Origin: Dipteris shenzhenensis
Lineage: Eukaryota
DNA length: 64,000 nucleotides
Assembly (NCBI GenBank): GCA_047967505.1
Contig: CM106538.1
Strand: one strand, 5' to 3'
Part shown: positions 24,342-34,875 of the stretch, piece after piece
Position numbering within the stretch: position 1 is the first letter of the stretch
Layout of the letters: every line of letters starts with the position of its first letter
Position numbers and translations under genes: made by a program
The notes under the pieces: generated by a model
The model's database searches: none
Told to the model about the DNA's origin: nothing
Seen by the model: the letters and a program-made list of their open reading frames with translations, nothing else

Positions 24342-27300
24342 ATGCAGTTACGTTCCGGCCAACGACTTCGACTCCAACGCTCGCCCAATCCGCAAATTAC
24401 TCCACTGCCACAACCGCCCCTGCCACTCCTCTACCCCGAATCCCCCCCTGAGGTTCACCAACTTTCTCTAACTCCTCCACGCCCCAACATGGCTGGACGT
24501 CGGCCTGAGCATGATGGGGACATTGAGCTCGATGCCGAGGCTGACAACTTCTTCAATCGACGAAATCACAACAATCACGGCCGACGCCCCTTGGGAAAAC
24601 TGGAACTTCCCAAATATAATGGTAGGGGAGACCCTGCTCGCTTCCTCCAACATTTTGATGCCGCATGTCGAGCAGGTGGTGATCAATCCCATGAAACTAA
24701 GGTGGCTTGGTTTCCAATGGCCTTAACTGATGAGGCGTCAGAATGGTACCTCGACCTTCTTGTGGAAGAACGTGCCACATGGGACCTACTTCAAACCGAA
24801 TTCAAATGTCGCTTTCAAACGGAAAGGCTACAAGATGATCCCGCTCTCCAACTCAGCAAGATCGAACAAGGCCGGAGGGAAGATGTACGCACATACCTGG
24901 GAAAGATGAAGAGATTGATCGCCAAATGTGACCCACGCCCAGATGCAAAGCACCTCACGGCATGGTTCATAGCAGGCCTCAGAAAGAAAATTCGCAAGGA
25001 GATGAAAAAGATAAGTAGCTATGAAACATTCAGTGCTGCTCATGCGGCAGCCATTGACATCGAAGATGGCATGACAGATTCAGACACTAGCAGTGATGAT
25101 GCCAGATCCAATACACGAGATAAACGCTCGACAAAAGGTAAATCAAAGGACATTGCCGAAACATCCAATGAAGATCGCCTCGAGGCCATGACCTTGAAGC
25201 TGAAAGAAGATATGATGCAGGCCATGGATCAAAAACTTCACTTGTCTCAGCCGCCAACTCAAACATATCCACGGCGAGAAAATGTCTGGTGCCCACACTG
25301 CTTGGCAAATCATACAGCAAATGAATGCCCAGTCCTCAGAGCAAGAATCACTGCACAAGCAAATCCACCGCCACGGTTGTGTTGCCATATCTGTGTCGTC
25401 GGCGGCCATGATGAGACCAGTTGCATCTTCAACATGCGCAACAATCCGCCTCGACCACCACAATACCAAGCGGCACCCATGCCAGTATACAGGCAACCGG
25501 CACTTGCACAAGCGACCCTAGCTCCGAGGCTAAATCCTGTTCCCGTTCGGACACAAGTCCCACAACTACTCAGGAATCCAAATCCACGACCGTATCCAAG
25601 AGCAGCAAATCCAGCTCCTCAGGCAGTTCCAATACAGCAATTACAAGCCGAGGAAGTCGACTCGCTATTTGAGTATGAAGCAGAGTACCCAGTGTACTAC
25701 GTCGAAGGTGCAGAGGGTTTAATACCAGTCTATGCAAATCAAGTGCGACCCAACACATTTCGCGCACCAATCAAGTGTTACGGTTGTGGAGAAAACCATA
25801 GAATCGCAGAATGCCCTCATCGCGGTAGCCCAGCCACTTTCCAACCACTCTGCAGAGATTGTGGCATAGGACATGCCTGTATGGATTGTCCCATGAAAAA
25901 TAAGGTCCCAGAACAAACAGAGGTTAAGCCTGACGTCCCCATCGGCATCATTGGGGTGGACCATCAAAGTCTGGGTCCGACAAGTCTAAGGTCACAACCT
26001 ATCAATGTAATTACACGCCAACAGAAAGAGGCCACGAAGGACCCTATCATTCCAATCCAACCGAAGCGACTTCTGAGAAAGAAAGCACAAGTGCCTCCAC
26101 CTCCGCCAAGCAATGAGCAGCCGAGCTCATCCACATCCACTCCCGAGCCTCGAATACAAGAAGCTCCATTTCCGAATGCAGAGGTGGAGAAGGCTCGTTT
26201 TCAGGTACTTCAACAATGGGTTCAAAATGAACAAGCTCAATTCAAGGCTCAGAAACAAGCTCAAGACCCACTCCATGACTTGGCCCCACAAAGTATTGAT
26301 ACTGTACTCGAGCCCTTGTTCCAACAACAAACTCCACAACAGAATGTACCGCCACGTCAACTTGAAGGAGCTGCACTCTCTAGCATTCTGAGTTGCCCTG
26401 TGTCCATTCCCATCGGAATCCTCTTACGAAATTGTCCCAATCTCTGGGAGAGTTTCAAAGGATGGATTGAACTCGCAAATCCCCCTCCACCTATGAACGA
26501 CATTGATGATATCCCTGTGCGGATGGGTGAGAAAGATGACATACGCAACATCACTGTGCCTTTGATCCACAAGGCATATAATGAAATCCAAGCCATAGTG
26601 GATGGTGGAGTAGGTGTCAATGTCCTATCAAAGGAGCTTTACGAAGAATGGGGTCTCCCACCAATGCAAAAGGCTAATTTCAACATACGCCTTGCCGATG
26701 ATTCACGGGCTAAACCCTTGGGAATAGTGAATGGTGTGTCCACAAAGATCGCAGGAGTCCGCTTTTCCCTTCAATTCACAATCTTGGATCTCCCCAAAAA
26801 ATCCTATCAAATCTTACTGGGACGTCCTTGGTTACGGGAAGCATCAGTCCTCCATGACTGGGGAACGGATAGATTGACAATCCAGAATCGAGACACTGCA
26901 GTCAGGGTGAATGTGGGGACAAGAGCTATTAAACCCATTGTTCCTAGAGCATTGGATGACACATCTTCCACGACAATCTCGAGCAAATCAGATCCCTTGC
27001 AACAGCATGCCATAGCAGGTGACTCACAAAGCAATGTCAATAACTGGATACAAACATTGGCAACCATTGACAACTGCCATTCATTAGACCCCATCTTCTC
27101 ACAGATAGATGTTAACACACTACAGGTTGATCCTCCACCGACACATGAAGAACCAATCGATCTAGAGATGCCTTTCTTTATGGCTGACCTCGAATGGGAT
27201 AATGAACCTGAAGAAGGTACCCATACCAATGATGACTCAGATTTTCCTTGGGACCTTGAAACAGAGGCTGCGAATGCTGCAATTGAAGATCAAATCTTTG

Positions 27301-29390
27301 ATAATGACCTAGCCATTCTGCATGCCCTAATGGCAGTTGAGCTCCCAAAAGTTGAACCTCCACAGTTGCATAACAGCAGACGATCCCGCAAGAAAGCTGC
27401 AGGAGGAAATCGCAGAAGAGCCAAGGCCGAGCACTTCAATGAATTCGAACGAGTCCAAACAAGGATTGTCGAATTGTACCTTGCAAAGTCAGTCCCCTCA
27501 AAGTCAAAACCACCACCTCTTGAATGGTCCCCTGAAGGACTGGAAGGAGTATGTGCAACACATGAACCCTTACTTGGAAACACCTTGCCAGTGGAAAAGT
27601 TACCCCACAGTTCCCAACGTAAGAAGTTTCGGAAATATAAGCCACATGTGCGGATGAAGCTCGATCAAGAGACTTCAGAAAAAGAAAGAAAAGAAGAGCC
27701 TAACAACTTCCTAAATGCAACTATGCCACCCAGTACTCATGACACATCTCAGGCTAGTTCAACCCCATCAGAGGCCGATCTTCGAGAAGTGCCGGAATAC
27801 TTTAAGAATTATACAAGTGGCAGTGCACCAATAGCAATGCCAAGACCAATCAGAGAATCTAAAGTTCAAGAACCCGATAGCATTGGAGAAACTCCAATCT
27901 ATGAGGGACCGGCAAAAACACGCACAATAAACCTCGCCCTTGAAGGGGAGGAAGAAAAATTGGTTTTCATTGGGAAACAGCTCCGTCAAGAAGATGAAAG
28001 CAAACTCAAAGACCTCCTAATGGAATACTGCGACTGCCTAGCATGGTCATACAAAGAGATGAAAGGAATTTCACCAGAAGTGGCAGTTCACACGATCCCT
28101 ATAAGGGAAGGTGCTCGCCCTAAGGTATGTGGACCTTATCGCACAAATCCTAAATATGGCACCATGGTTTATGACGAGCTGGAAAAACTCCTAGATGCCG
28201 GATTCATCTACGAGATACAGCACACTGATTGGGTTTCACCCATTGTCATTGTGCCTAAACGCAACAAGAAGCTCCGAATATGCGTAAACTTGAAAAATGT
28301 GAATGCCGCCACAATTAGGGATCACTACCCCCTACCCTTAACAGAAACAGTGTTGGAAAAGGTGGCAGGATCCGAAATCTACAGCTTCTTGGATGGCTTC
28401 AGTGGCTATAACCAGGTACAAATTGCTCCTCAAGACCAATCAAAAACAGCATTTGCTACAGAATGGGGTATTTTTGCATATAGAGTCATGCCATTCGGCC
28501 TTTGTAATGCCCCGGCCACATTCCAGCGAGTCATGTTCACAGCTTTCAAGTCATTCTTGAATAAGTTTTTACACGTGTTCTTGGATGATTTGTGCATCCA
28601 TTCAACCAAACAAGACCACTTCAAATGTCTGGAAGAAGTACTAATCAAATGCAGGGAGTATGGCATCTCCCTAAATCCAACAAAATGCCAGTTCATGGTC
28701 ACCCACGGAGTTGTTTTAGGACACATCGTCTCTCAACATGGGATTGCAACTGACATGGACAAAATCAAAATCATCATGGAATTGCCTCCTCCTACAAATT
28801 CCAAAGGTGTACAGGTCTTTATGGGACATGCCGGCTATTATAGAAGATTTATATTGCGGTATGCCATGATAGCTAGACCACTTTACAAGTTATTAGTGGA
28901 GTTCTTATGGACCGAAGAGTGCGACCAAGCCTTTGAGCTTTTAAAGTGGCGCCTAATCACAGCACCCATCCTTCTATCTCCCAATTGGGATATTGATTTT
29001 CATGTTCATACTGATGGCTCCAAGTATGCAATTGGGAGTGTGCTTTGTCAACCTGGTGAACATAAGAAAGACTACCCAGTCTACTTCGCCAGTCGACAAC
29101 TCAATGATGCAGAGATCAACTATCCAACCACAGAAAGAGAAGCCCTAGCAATGGTGTACAGTGTAAAGAAATTTCGGCACTATCTCCTTGCAAATGATTT
29201 TGTCTTCTACACCGACCGCATTGCTTTATCTTGTGAACCGTCCGTGTACCACAGGAAGAATAACCAGATGGCTCCTCTTGCTACAAGAATTCAACTTCAA
29301 AATTGTGGTCCGCAAAGGTGCCCAACACTACATTGCCGATCACATGTCTCGAGTAAATACAGGAGAAGAAGCCACTGGAGTAGAAGATGA
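24342..29390 (+). CDS. Gypsy Gag-protease-RT-RNase H polyprotein (frameshift near 29215)
   Basis: LPKYNGRGDP gag; AIVDGGVGVN protease; WVSPIVIVPK, FLDGFSGYNQ, MPFGLCNAPATFQR and VFLDDL RT; VHTDGSKYAIG RNase H. Confidence 0.93.
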   Translation: MQLRSGQRLRLQRSPNPQITPLPQPPLPLLYPESPPEVHQLSLTPPRPNMAGRRPEHDGDIELDAEADNFFNRRNHNNHGRRPLGKLELPKYNGRGDPARFLQHFDAACRAGGDQSHETKVAWFPMALTDEASEWYLDLLVEERATWDLLQTEFKCRFQTERLQDDPALQLSKIEQGRREDVRTYLGKMKRLIAKCDPRPDAKHLTAWFIAGLRKKIRKEMKKISSYETFSAAHAAAIDIEDGMTDSDTSSDDARSNTRDKRSTKGKSKDIAETSNEDRLEAMTLKLKEDMMQAMDQKLHLSQPPTQTYPRRENVWCPHCLANHTANECPVLRARITAQANPPPRLCCHICVVGGHDETSCIFNMRNNPPRPPQYQAAPMPVYRQPALAQATLAPRLNPVPVRTQVPQLLRNPNPRPYPRAANPAPQAVPIQQLQAEEVDSLFEYEAEYPVYYVEGAEGLIPVYANQVRPNTFRAPIKCYGCGENHRIAECPHRGSPATFQPLCRDCGIGHACMDCPMKNKVPEQTEVKPDVPIGIIGVDHQSLGPTSLRSQPINVITRQQKEATKDPIIPIQPKRLLRKKAQVPPPPPSNEQPSSSTSTPEPRIQEAPFPNAEVEKARFQVLQQWVQNEQAQFKAQKQAQDPLHDLAPQSIDTVLEPLFQQQTPQQNVPPRQLEGAALSSILSCPVSIPIGILLRNCPNLWESFKGWIELANPPPPMNDIDDIPVRMGEKDDIRNITVPLIHKAYNEIQAIVDGGVGVNVLSKELYEEWGLPPMQKANFNIRLADDSRAKPLGIVNGVSTKIAGVRFSLQFTILDLPKKSYQILLGRPWLREASVLHDWGTDRLTIQNRDTAVRVNVGTRAIKPIVPRALDDTSSTTISSKSDPLQQHAIAGDSQSNVNNWIQTLATIDNCHSLDPIFSQIDVNTLQVDPPPTHEEPIDLEMPFFMADLEWDNEPEEGTHTNDDSDFPWDLETEAANAAIEDQIFDNDLAILHALMAVELPKVEPPQLHNSRRSRKKAAGGNRRRAKAEHFNEFERVQTRIVELYLAKSVPSKSKPPPLEWSPEGLEGVCATHEPLLGNTLPVEKLPHSSQRKKFRKYKPHVRMKLDQETSEKERKEEPNNFLNATMPPSTHDTSQASSTPSEADLREVPEYFKNYTSGSAPIAMPRPIRESKVQEPDSIGETPIYEGPAKTRTINLALEGEEEKLVFIGKQLRQEDESKLKDLLMEYCDCLAWSYKEMKGISPEVAVHTIPIREGARPKVCGPYRTNPKYGTMVYDELEKLLDAGFIYEIQHTDWVSPIVIVPKRNKKLRICVNLKNVNAATIRDHYPLPLTETVLEKVAGSEIYSFLDGFSGYNQVQIAPQDQSKTAFATEWGIFAYRVMPFGLCNAPATFQRVMFTAFKSFLNKFLHVFLDDLCIHSTKQDHFKCLEEVLIKCREYGISLNPTKCQFMVTHGVVLGHIVSQHGIATDMDKIKIIMELPPPTNSKGVQVFMGHAGYYRRFILRYAMIARPLYKLLVEFLWTEECDQAFELLKWRLITAPILLSPNWDIDFHVHTDGSKYAIGSVLCQPGEHKKDYPVYFASRQLNDAEINYPTTEREALAMVYSVKKFRHYLLANDFVFYTDRIALSCEPSVYHRKNNQMAPLATRIQLQNCGPQRCPTLHCRSHVSSKYRRRSHWSRR

Positions 29391-30735
29391 CTTACCAGAT
29401 GCCACACTATTTCAAATAGATGCTGTTCCAGAATGGTGTGGAGATATTATTGGGTACTTGATGGCAGGAAGACCACCCCCTGACATGAAAGCAGTAGATG
29501 CCAGAAAATTGATTCTAAAGGCTGCACCATATCAACTCATTGCAGGACAACTATACAAGATGGGCAAGGACCAGATATTAAGAAGATGTGTAATGCCTCA
29601 TGAGATCCTGCCAATCCTGAGTGAAGTTCATGAAGGCATTGCAGGAGGACACTTCCAAGGGGAAGCCACAGCAAGAAAAGTTCTCCTCGCAGGCTACTGG
29701 TGGCCAACATTGTGGGCAGATGCCTATGAATATGTAAAAGGCTGTGATGTATGCCAACGAACTATTAAACCACAACACAAAGACTTCAATCCCCTAACAA
29801 CAATTGTTGCACAACAGCCATTTGAAAAATGGGGGATTGATTATGTGGGTCCCATACATCCAGCAGCAAAAGGAACACAGGCACGCTACATCATTGTGGC
29901 CACTGATTACTTTACAAAATGGGCTGAAGCTAAAGCAGTCAGAAAGGCAGATGCCAAAAGCACAGCAAGATTCTTGTACGAACATGTGATCACCCGATTC
30001 GGATGCCCCCTTGAAATTGTGTCGGATAGAGGCACACATTTTGTCAATGAGGTAATCCAAGAACTCTTGTCTGGCTTCATGGTCATTCATAGAAAAAGCA
30101 CACCCTACTACCCCCAAGGGAATGGATTAGCAGAATCCACAAACAAAATCATATGCAATATCCTCACCAAGGTAGTAGAACCGCAGCGTTCTGATTGGGC
30201 AGAGAAACTGAATGCAGCCTTATGGGCATACAGAACCACATTCAAGGTCAGTACAGGGAACACACCTTTTCAATTGGTGTACGGCCTTGAAGCTGTGGTC
30301 CCACTTGAATTTATAATACCAAGTCTGCGCATCGCAATACAAGAACGCATGGGTGATCATGAGTCCTTGAAAGAAAGGCTCTGTCAGTTGGAAAAGCATA
30401 CAGAGACCAGACTAGTCGCTTATCATGCCATGACAACAGAAAAACGTCGAAGAAAGGCATGGTTTGACAGGAATCTGAAAGCTAAAGACATCAAGGAAGG
30501 CGACTTAGTCCTGTTATACAATGCCAAAGTACACAAGGGCAAATTGAAGTATCTGGGTCAAGGACCCTACCGAGTACGAAAGATGAATCCCATTGGAGCT
30601 GTGCTACTTGAAACACTCGATGGAGTCCAATTCAACACAACAATAAACGGGAGCCGACTGAAGCGCTACTACATCAACACGCGAGCCATCCCTGACAAAA
30701 ACAAAGATTTGGGAAACCAAGTCTTCCTTAGTTAG
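29188..30735 (+). CDS. Gypsy RNase H C-terminus and integrase (continuation after the frameshift)
   Basis: HEGIAGGHF...CDVCQ HHCC motif; WGIDYVGP, IVSDRGTHF and QGNGLAESTN (DDE); GPY motif. Confidence 0.93.
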   Translation: MQMILSSTPTALLYLVNRPCTTGRITRWLLLLQEFNFKIVVRKGAQHYIADHMSRVNTGEEATGVEDDLPDATLFQIDAVPEWCGDIIGYLMAGRPPPDMKAVDARKLILKAAPYQLIAGQLYKMGKDQILRRCVMPHEILPILSEVHEGIAGGHFQGEATARKVLLAGYWWPTLWADAYEYVKGCDVCQRTIKPQHKDFNPLTTIVAQQPFEKWGIDYVGPIHPAAKGTQARYIIVATDYFTKWAEAKAVRKADAKSTARFLYEHVITRFGCPLEIVSDRGTHFVNEVIQELLSGFMVIHRKSTPYYPQGNGLAESTNKIICNILTKVVEPQRSDWAEKLNAALWAYRTTFKVSTGNTPFQLVYGLEAVVPLEFIIPSLRIAIQERMGDHESLKERLCQLEKHTETRLVAYHAMTTEKRRRKAWFDRNLKAKDIKEGDLVLLYNAKVHKGKLKYLGQGPYRVRKMNPIGAVLLETLDGVQFNTTINGSRLKRYYINTRAIPDKNKDLGNQVFLS

Positions 30736-31076
30736 GATTAGATTGTATCACGAGCACTCACTTGCATATGTACGTCTTCGCACATATAGGTAGCCTCAAT
30801 CGATTTTACCTAGAGCTCAGGATTGGTGAATGAGTTCTAGCTGCCCTATGAAAATCCCAGCAAAAAAAGCATATAGTTAGTCCCTACTTAGCTACTAGGT
30901 CACGTGCACTCACACGCTTTCGCTTAGACACATAGATGATTGCATGAATAATTGTACAACACACTTTCATTCCACCCTCTCAAAAGATGTATTAAAAAAT
31001 TTAAAAAAAAAAAAAGATCTCTCTCCCACACCCACACAGAAAGGTCATACAGGCATGCCAATCAATGTAATGATCA

Positions 31077-34000
31077 ATGGTACACTACATGTACATGGAT
31101 GCAGGTTCAGAAAAGATGCCGCCACTAAAGAGGATGCGCAGAAAGAGCCCACCACCTCAACCACGAGACCCCCTCCCGAGTTCGCAGCCATCTACATCCT
31201 CTCAACCACGGAGACCACAGGCGTTCGTGGTCCAAAGCGATAGCTCCGAAGAAGATTCAGTGCATGCCCAAGCAGAACAAATGCCACCCCAGTCACAGCC
31301 GGCGTGCACAACTGTTAACAAGGCCCAATCATTGGAACTTGTCTGGCCACCCACCTCGACTTATGCTCTTTCCCAGGAAGCAACATCTTACTTAGAGCAA
31401 CGGGGTCTAGGCAATTTGCATGAGAGCCTCAAATCCTTGGAGGATAGTCCTATCATGACCACCTACATCAAGGACTTTCTCCACTCTTACTACTCCAGCA
31501 ATGCAATAGATGGCAAGTACGGCACAATCACTGTACAACAGAGCCCACTGAACATTATCCTCGACAGTACAGTCATTCAAAGGGCTTTCTCTCTGCCAAG
31601 GCAAGGTGGCGAATACCCTAAAAGGTCTGCGGATGCAAAGTTTATTGAAGTACAGTCTCTCCTCACCAAGGGTACCCTGATCCATAGAGATGGCATCTTG
31701 CTTCGCACAATCCTTGACCCTCATCTCAAGGAAGCAGCACAATTTCTATCCACCATCCTGGGAATAAAGAACGGCAAGGAACGCTCCCTTCCACTCCGCA
31801 CATTTGTTTTGCTGAGTAGGAAGCTCAAACAAGACTGGGTCCAACACTTTGTCATTTTCTTTACCAAAAAACTCGATGGTTCTTCAGGCCAGAAATGTAA
31901 AATTCCGCACTTATTGGCTATCATCATCAAAAAGGAACTACAACAAAGAGAAATGACTCTACCCCAGTCTCCAAAGCCAATTGAGGAGTTGGACATACCC
32001 TTCTCACCAGTATGGGAGCCATCATCAACTGCTCCAGCTATCACATTGATAAGTACAGATGCCTTAACAGAAGTACCTATTTTGGAAAGTAGGATTGCAG
32101 AATTGCCTCAGGAAATGCTTCAGCTCGGTGCACAATTGCAACCACTAAGTCTCCCCCAACAGCACCCACCCGAGCTCGAGACAAGGTTGGCACCCGAACC
32201 TGAGGAACGATCAGCACCAGAGCTTGAGACCACATCGGCACTCGAACCGCCCATCGACGTCATGCCAGTCGATGAACCTCAAGGAGAGCTCGTGCCAGAT
32301 CAGCAGTATGACTATTGTCCACAAGGGAGTGAAATGCCATTGGAACAACCTCCCCCAAGTACTACAGAACCCTCGGGATGGCTACATGGGCACCACTTGT
32401 ATCAGCAATATCGCCAGACCTCATCACCATCTGTCATTCTCCAGCATCAAGCTAGCCAAATGATTCAAATGTCCGAACTCTTCACTAGCTTGGCTAAGGA
32501 AGCATATGCAAGAGAATTGGAAAGGCAGACGGCATCAGAAATCGAAGACCAATTCCAGGCAATCGCCATCGAGGTCAAGGCTCTTCGGGCACAGATAGAT
32601 GAGAAGGAGGTAGAAGAAGTGCGCATGAACCAGGCTCTCCAAGCTCAAGAGAAGGCCGTAAGGGATGTGACCTCCAACCTCCATCAAAGTCAAACACAGC
32701 TGACTGCGGCAGTCGAAGCAATGGCAATCCTACAGACCTCCTATAACTCCCTGACAACTGCACATGCGCAACAAACAGAGGAAGTGGCACAAGCTCGACT
32801 CACTCTCATTCACAAAGAAGACGAGCTCCAGGATTGCAAGGACAAGCTTGAAGACATGCAACAATCTTTGGCAGTACGTGCCTTTAGCATTGATGAGCTT
32901 ACAAGGGAATGCCGACTCTTAAAAGACCAACTTGCTACTGTTCAAGAGGCCAGCACTTTACAAGCCCAGTTCTTGGACCAATGGTCCAATACCACTGAAG
33001 ACATCCCTCAACAGGCAAAGGTCACCTTGCAAATGAAAAAGCTTAAAGAGGCATACACCAGCATCTACCATCAGTACAAAGAAAAGATGAATGAGATGCA
33101 CTCCCAAAAAATAGCCATCTCCAAGCTTGAACTCCAATTGCTAGTGCATAACAATGAGGCATTGGAAGACAACACCAATGACGGCCCACTACAATGCACA
33201 ACCGTGGTGTATGAAGAGCTTGTGACTGCTCTCCAAATGGAAGATCACCTCCACGCACGCGTGCTGATCCAATGGAAGCAACTCCAACTCAAGATCATAG
33301 CTGCTCATCCAACAATCGACTGGAAATGCTCCATCGGGATTAAAACCCTGCGCATCATTTGCCAAGACTTGTCTGAAGATGAGAAGAATATCTTCTGTCT
33401 GTCTACACATGCCGGGTTTATAACTCTCAGGACAGATGCTTTCATTGCATATGCCTGCCTCATGGGTAGTCCTCCCCTCAGGGTTATTGCAGGTTTGTTG
33501 CCGTTGCTGCAAAGGCCATCCCTATTATTTGCACGGCATGACATAACGGGCATCCAACCCATGCAGCTAATCATCCCATCGCACCAGCAAAAAGAAGTGT
33601 CGGACGATGACAAGGCCTATCTCACATCCAACTTCCCATATCTAACCACTCTTTCTGCCAACATCATAACCTCACTTCCCCTTGCTGCTGCTACCCTCTT
33701 AACCTTCCCCGAGCTCCATCCTAACATCTATTCCCTCCATCGTCTCTTTGCTCATGCCTCTCACCATTTTCAACTTACCCAACAGTCCCAAACTTACGAG
33801 CCCCTCACACCTAGCTTTTTCCCCTCCCTTGCTAATCCTACCCTTGAGGATTACCAAGCTGCTCAAACCATTTGCCCATTTCTTCCCCCCCTCCCCTCTG
33901 CTCCCCCTTCCGCCACTATCACCCAGCCATGTTTCTCCCCCATGTCCCCTGCTTCTCTCCCGGCCCCGTCATCACCTCCGACACTTCTGGTGCTGCCATC

Positions 34001-34841
34001 AGCAGAAAATGATGCAGTATTTGATTTTGAATATCAGGATCCGGATAATCCAATTCGTACACCCATGCCAAGTTCCAATGATGAGTATGATTTTGATGAG
34101 ATACCACTTCCCAGTAACCCCATCAAGGAATTTTGGAGCAAATATCCTGATATGAAAACTCGCGGTGGATGGACCCTGGGTAACTTTCCTACCAATCTTC
34201 GTCAGCACCAAATAAGTGAAGCTTGGATTAGCAAATTGGATCCACAACCTGATTGGCGCCGTCCCAAGCTCTTTGATGTAAGCTTCTTAAAGGAGTACTT
34301 ACGGGCACCTCCATGTCTCAGAACCCATCCCAAGTTCTATGCAGTTCCACGGCGTAAAAGATGGGAAGCCAACATACACACTTTGGCTGAAGATCGAGTC
34401 ATTAATTGGCCAATGATCGAATCCTACTCTGGTGTAGAATGGACTATCCAAGGCGCCATGATCCGAGCACTTCAGCAGCATGAACAAACAATGCGCGGCA
34501 ACATTGATCGCTTCCTTCGCCAAAGTGCCATATTCTGCAAAACATTAGCATTAATTCTGGAGGTCCCCTGTTACCTTGATTCCCATTTACCTCCACTCAG
34601 CTTTAATCCCAATGAACGGATTGATGCTCAGATTACAAGCCGACTATACCAAAGAGTGATCTTCTTGGAGGCACGCCACATATCTCTGTTCGAGCAAATG
34701 GTGGATATAGGCTACCTGGAAACTGCGCAAAAATTGTATGGTGCTAAGGCTCTACAGCAGGACCGTCTGGCACGACACAAGTTCCACAGCCACTGGACTA
34801 AAAACATGGCAACCCAGGTACGTGATCGCAATAAGCCATAA
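31077..34841 (+). CDS. Extra 3' ORF of the Gypsy element (1254 aa, coiled-coil centre, unknown function)
   Basis: Uninterrupted ORF between the integrase stop and the PPT, with a Q/E/L-rich heptad-like central region. Confidence 0.8.
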   Translation: MVHYMYMDAGSEKMPPLKRMRRKSPPPQPRDPLPSSQPSTSSQPRRPQAFVVQSDSSEEDSVHAQAEQMPPQSQPACTTVNKAQSLELVWPPTSTYALSQEATSYLEQRGLGNLHESLKSLEDSPIMTTYIKDFLHSYYSSNAIDGKYGTITVQQSPLNIILDSTVIQRAFSLPRQGGEYPKRSADAKFIEVQSLLTKGTLIHRDGILLRTILDPHLKEAAQFLSTILGIKNGKERSLPLRTFVLLSRKLKQDWVQHFVIFFTKKLDGSSGQKCKIPHLLAIIIKKELQQREMTLPQSPKPIEELDIPFSPVWEPSSTAPAITLISTDALTEVPILESRIAELPQEMLQLGAQLQPLSLPQQHPPELETRLAPEPEERSAPELETTSALEPPIDVMPVDEPQGELVPDQQYDYCPQGSEMPLEQPPPSTTEPSGWLHGHHLYQQYRQTSSPSVILQHQASQMIQMSELFTSLAKEAYARELERQTASEIEDQFQAIAIEVKALRAQIDEKEVEEVRMNQALQAQEKAVRDVTSNLHQSQTQLTAAVEAMAILQTSYNSLTTAHAQQTEEVAQARLTLIHKEDELQDCKDKLEDMQQSLAVRAFSIDELTRECRLLKDQLATVQEASTLQAQFLDQWSNTTEDIPQQAKVTLQMKKLKEAYTSIYHQYKEKMNEMHSQKIAISKLELQLLVHNNEALEDNTNDGPLQCTTVVYEELVTALQMEDHLHARVLIQWKQLQLKIIAAHPTIDWKCSIGIKTLRIICQDLSEDEKNIFCLSTHAGFITLRTDAFIAYACLMGSPPLRVIAGLLPLLQRPSLLFARHDITGIQPMQLIIPSHQQKEVSDDDKAYLTSNFPYLTTLSANIITSLPLAAATLLTFPELHPNIYSLHRLFAHASHHFQLTQQSQTYEPLTPSFFPSLANPTLEDYQAAQTICPFLPPLPSAPPSATITQPCFSPMSPASLPAPSSPPTLLVLPSAENDAVFDFEYQDPDNPIRTPMPSSNDEYDFDEIPLPSNPIKEFWSKYPDMKTRGGWTLGNFPTNLRQHQISEAWISKLDPQPDWRRPKLFDVSFLKEYLRAPPCLRTHPKFYAVPRRKRWEANIHTLAEDRVINWPMIESYSGVEWTIQGAMIRALQQHEQTMRGNIDRFLRQSAIFCKTLALILEVPCYLDSHLPPLSFNPNERIDAQITSRLYQRVIFLEARHISLFEQMVDIGYLETAQKLYGAKALQQDRLARHKFHSHWTKNMATQVRDRNKP

Positions 34842-34875
34842 CCCGAGGACGGGTAATAAAATGGATCCGGGGGTA

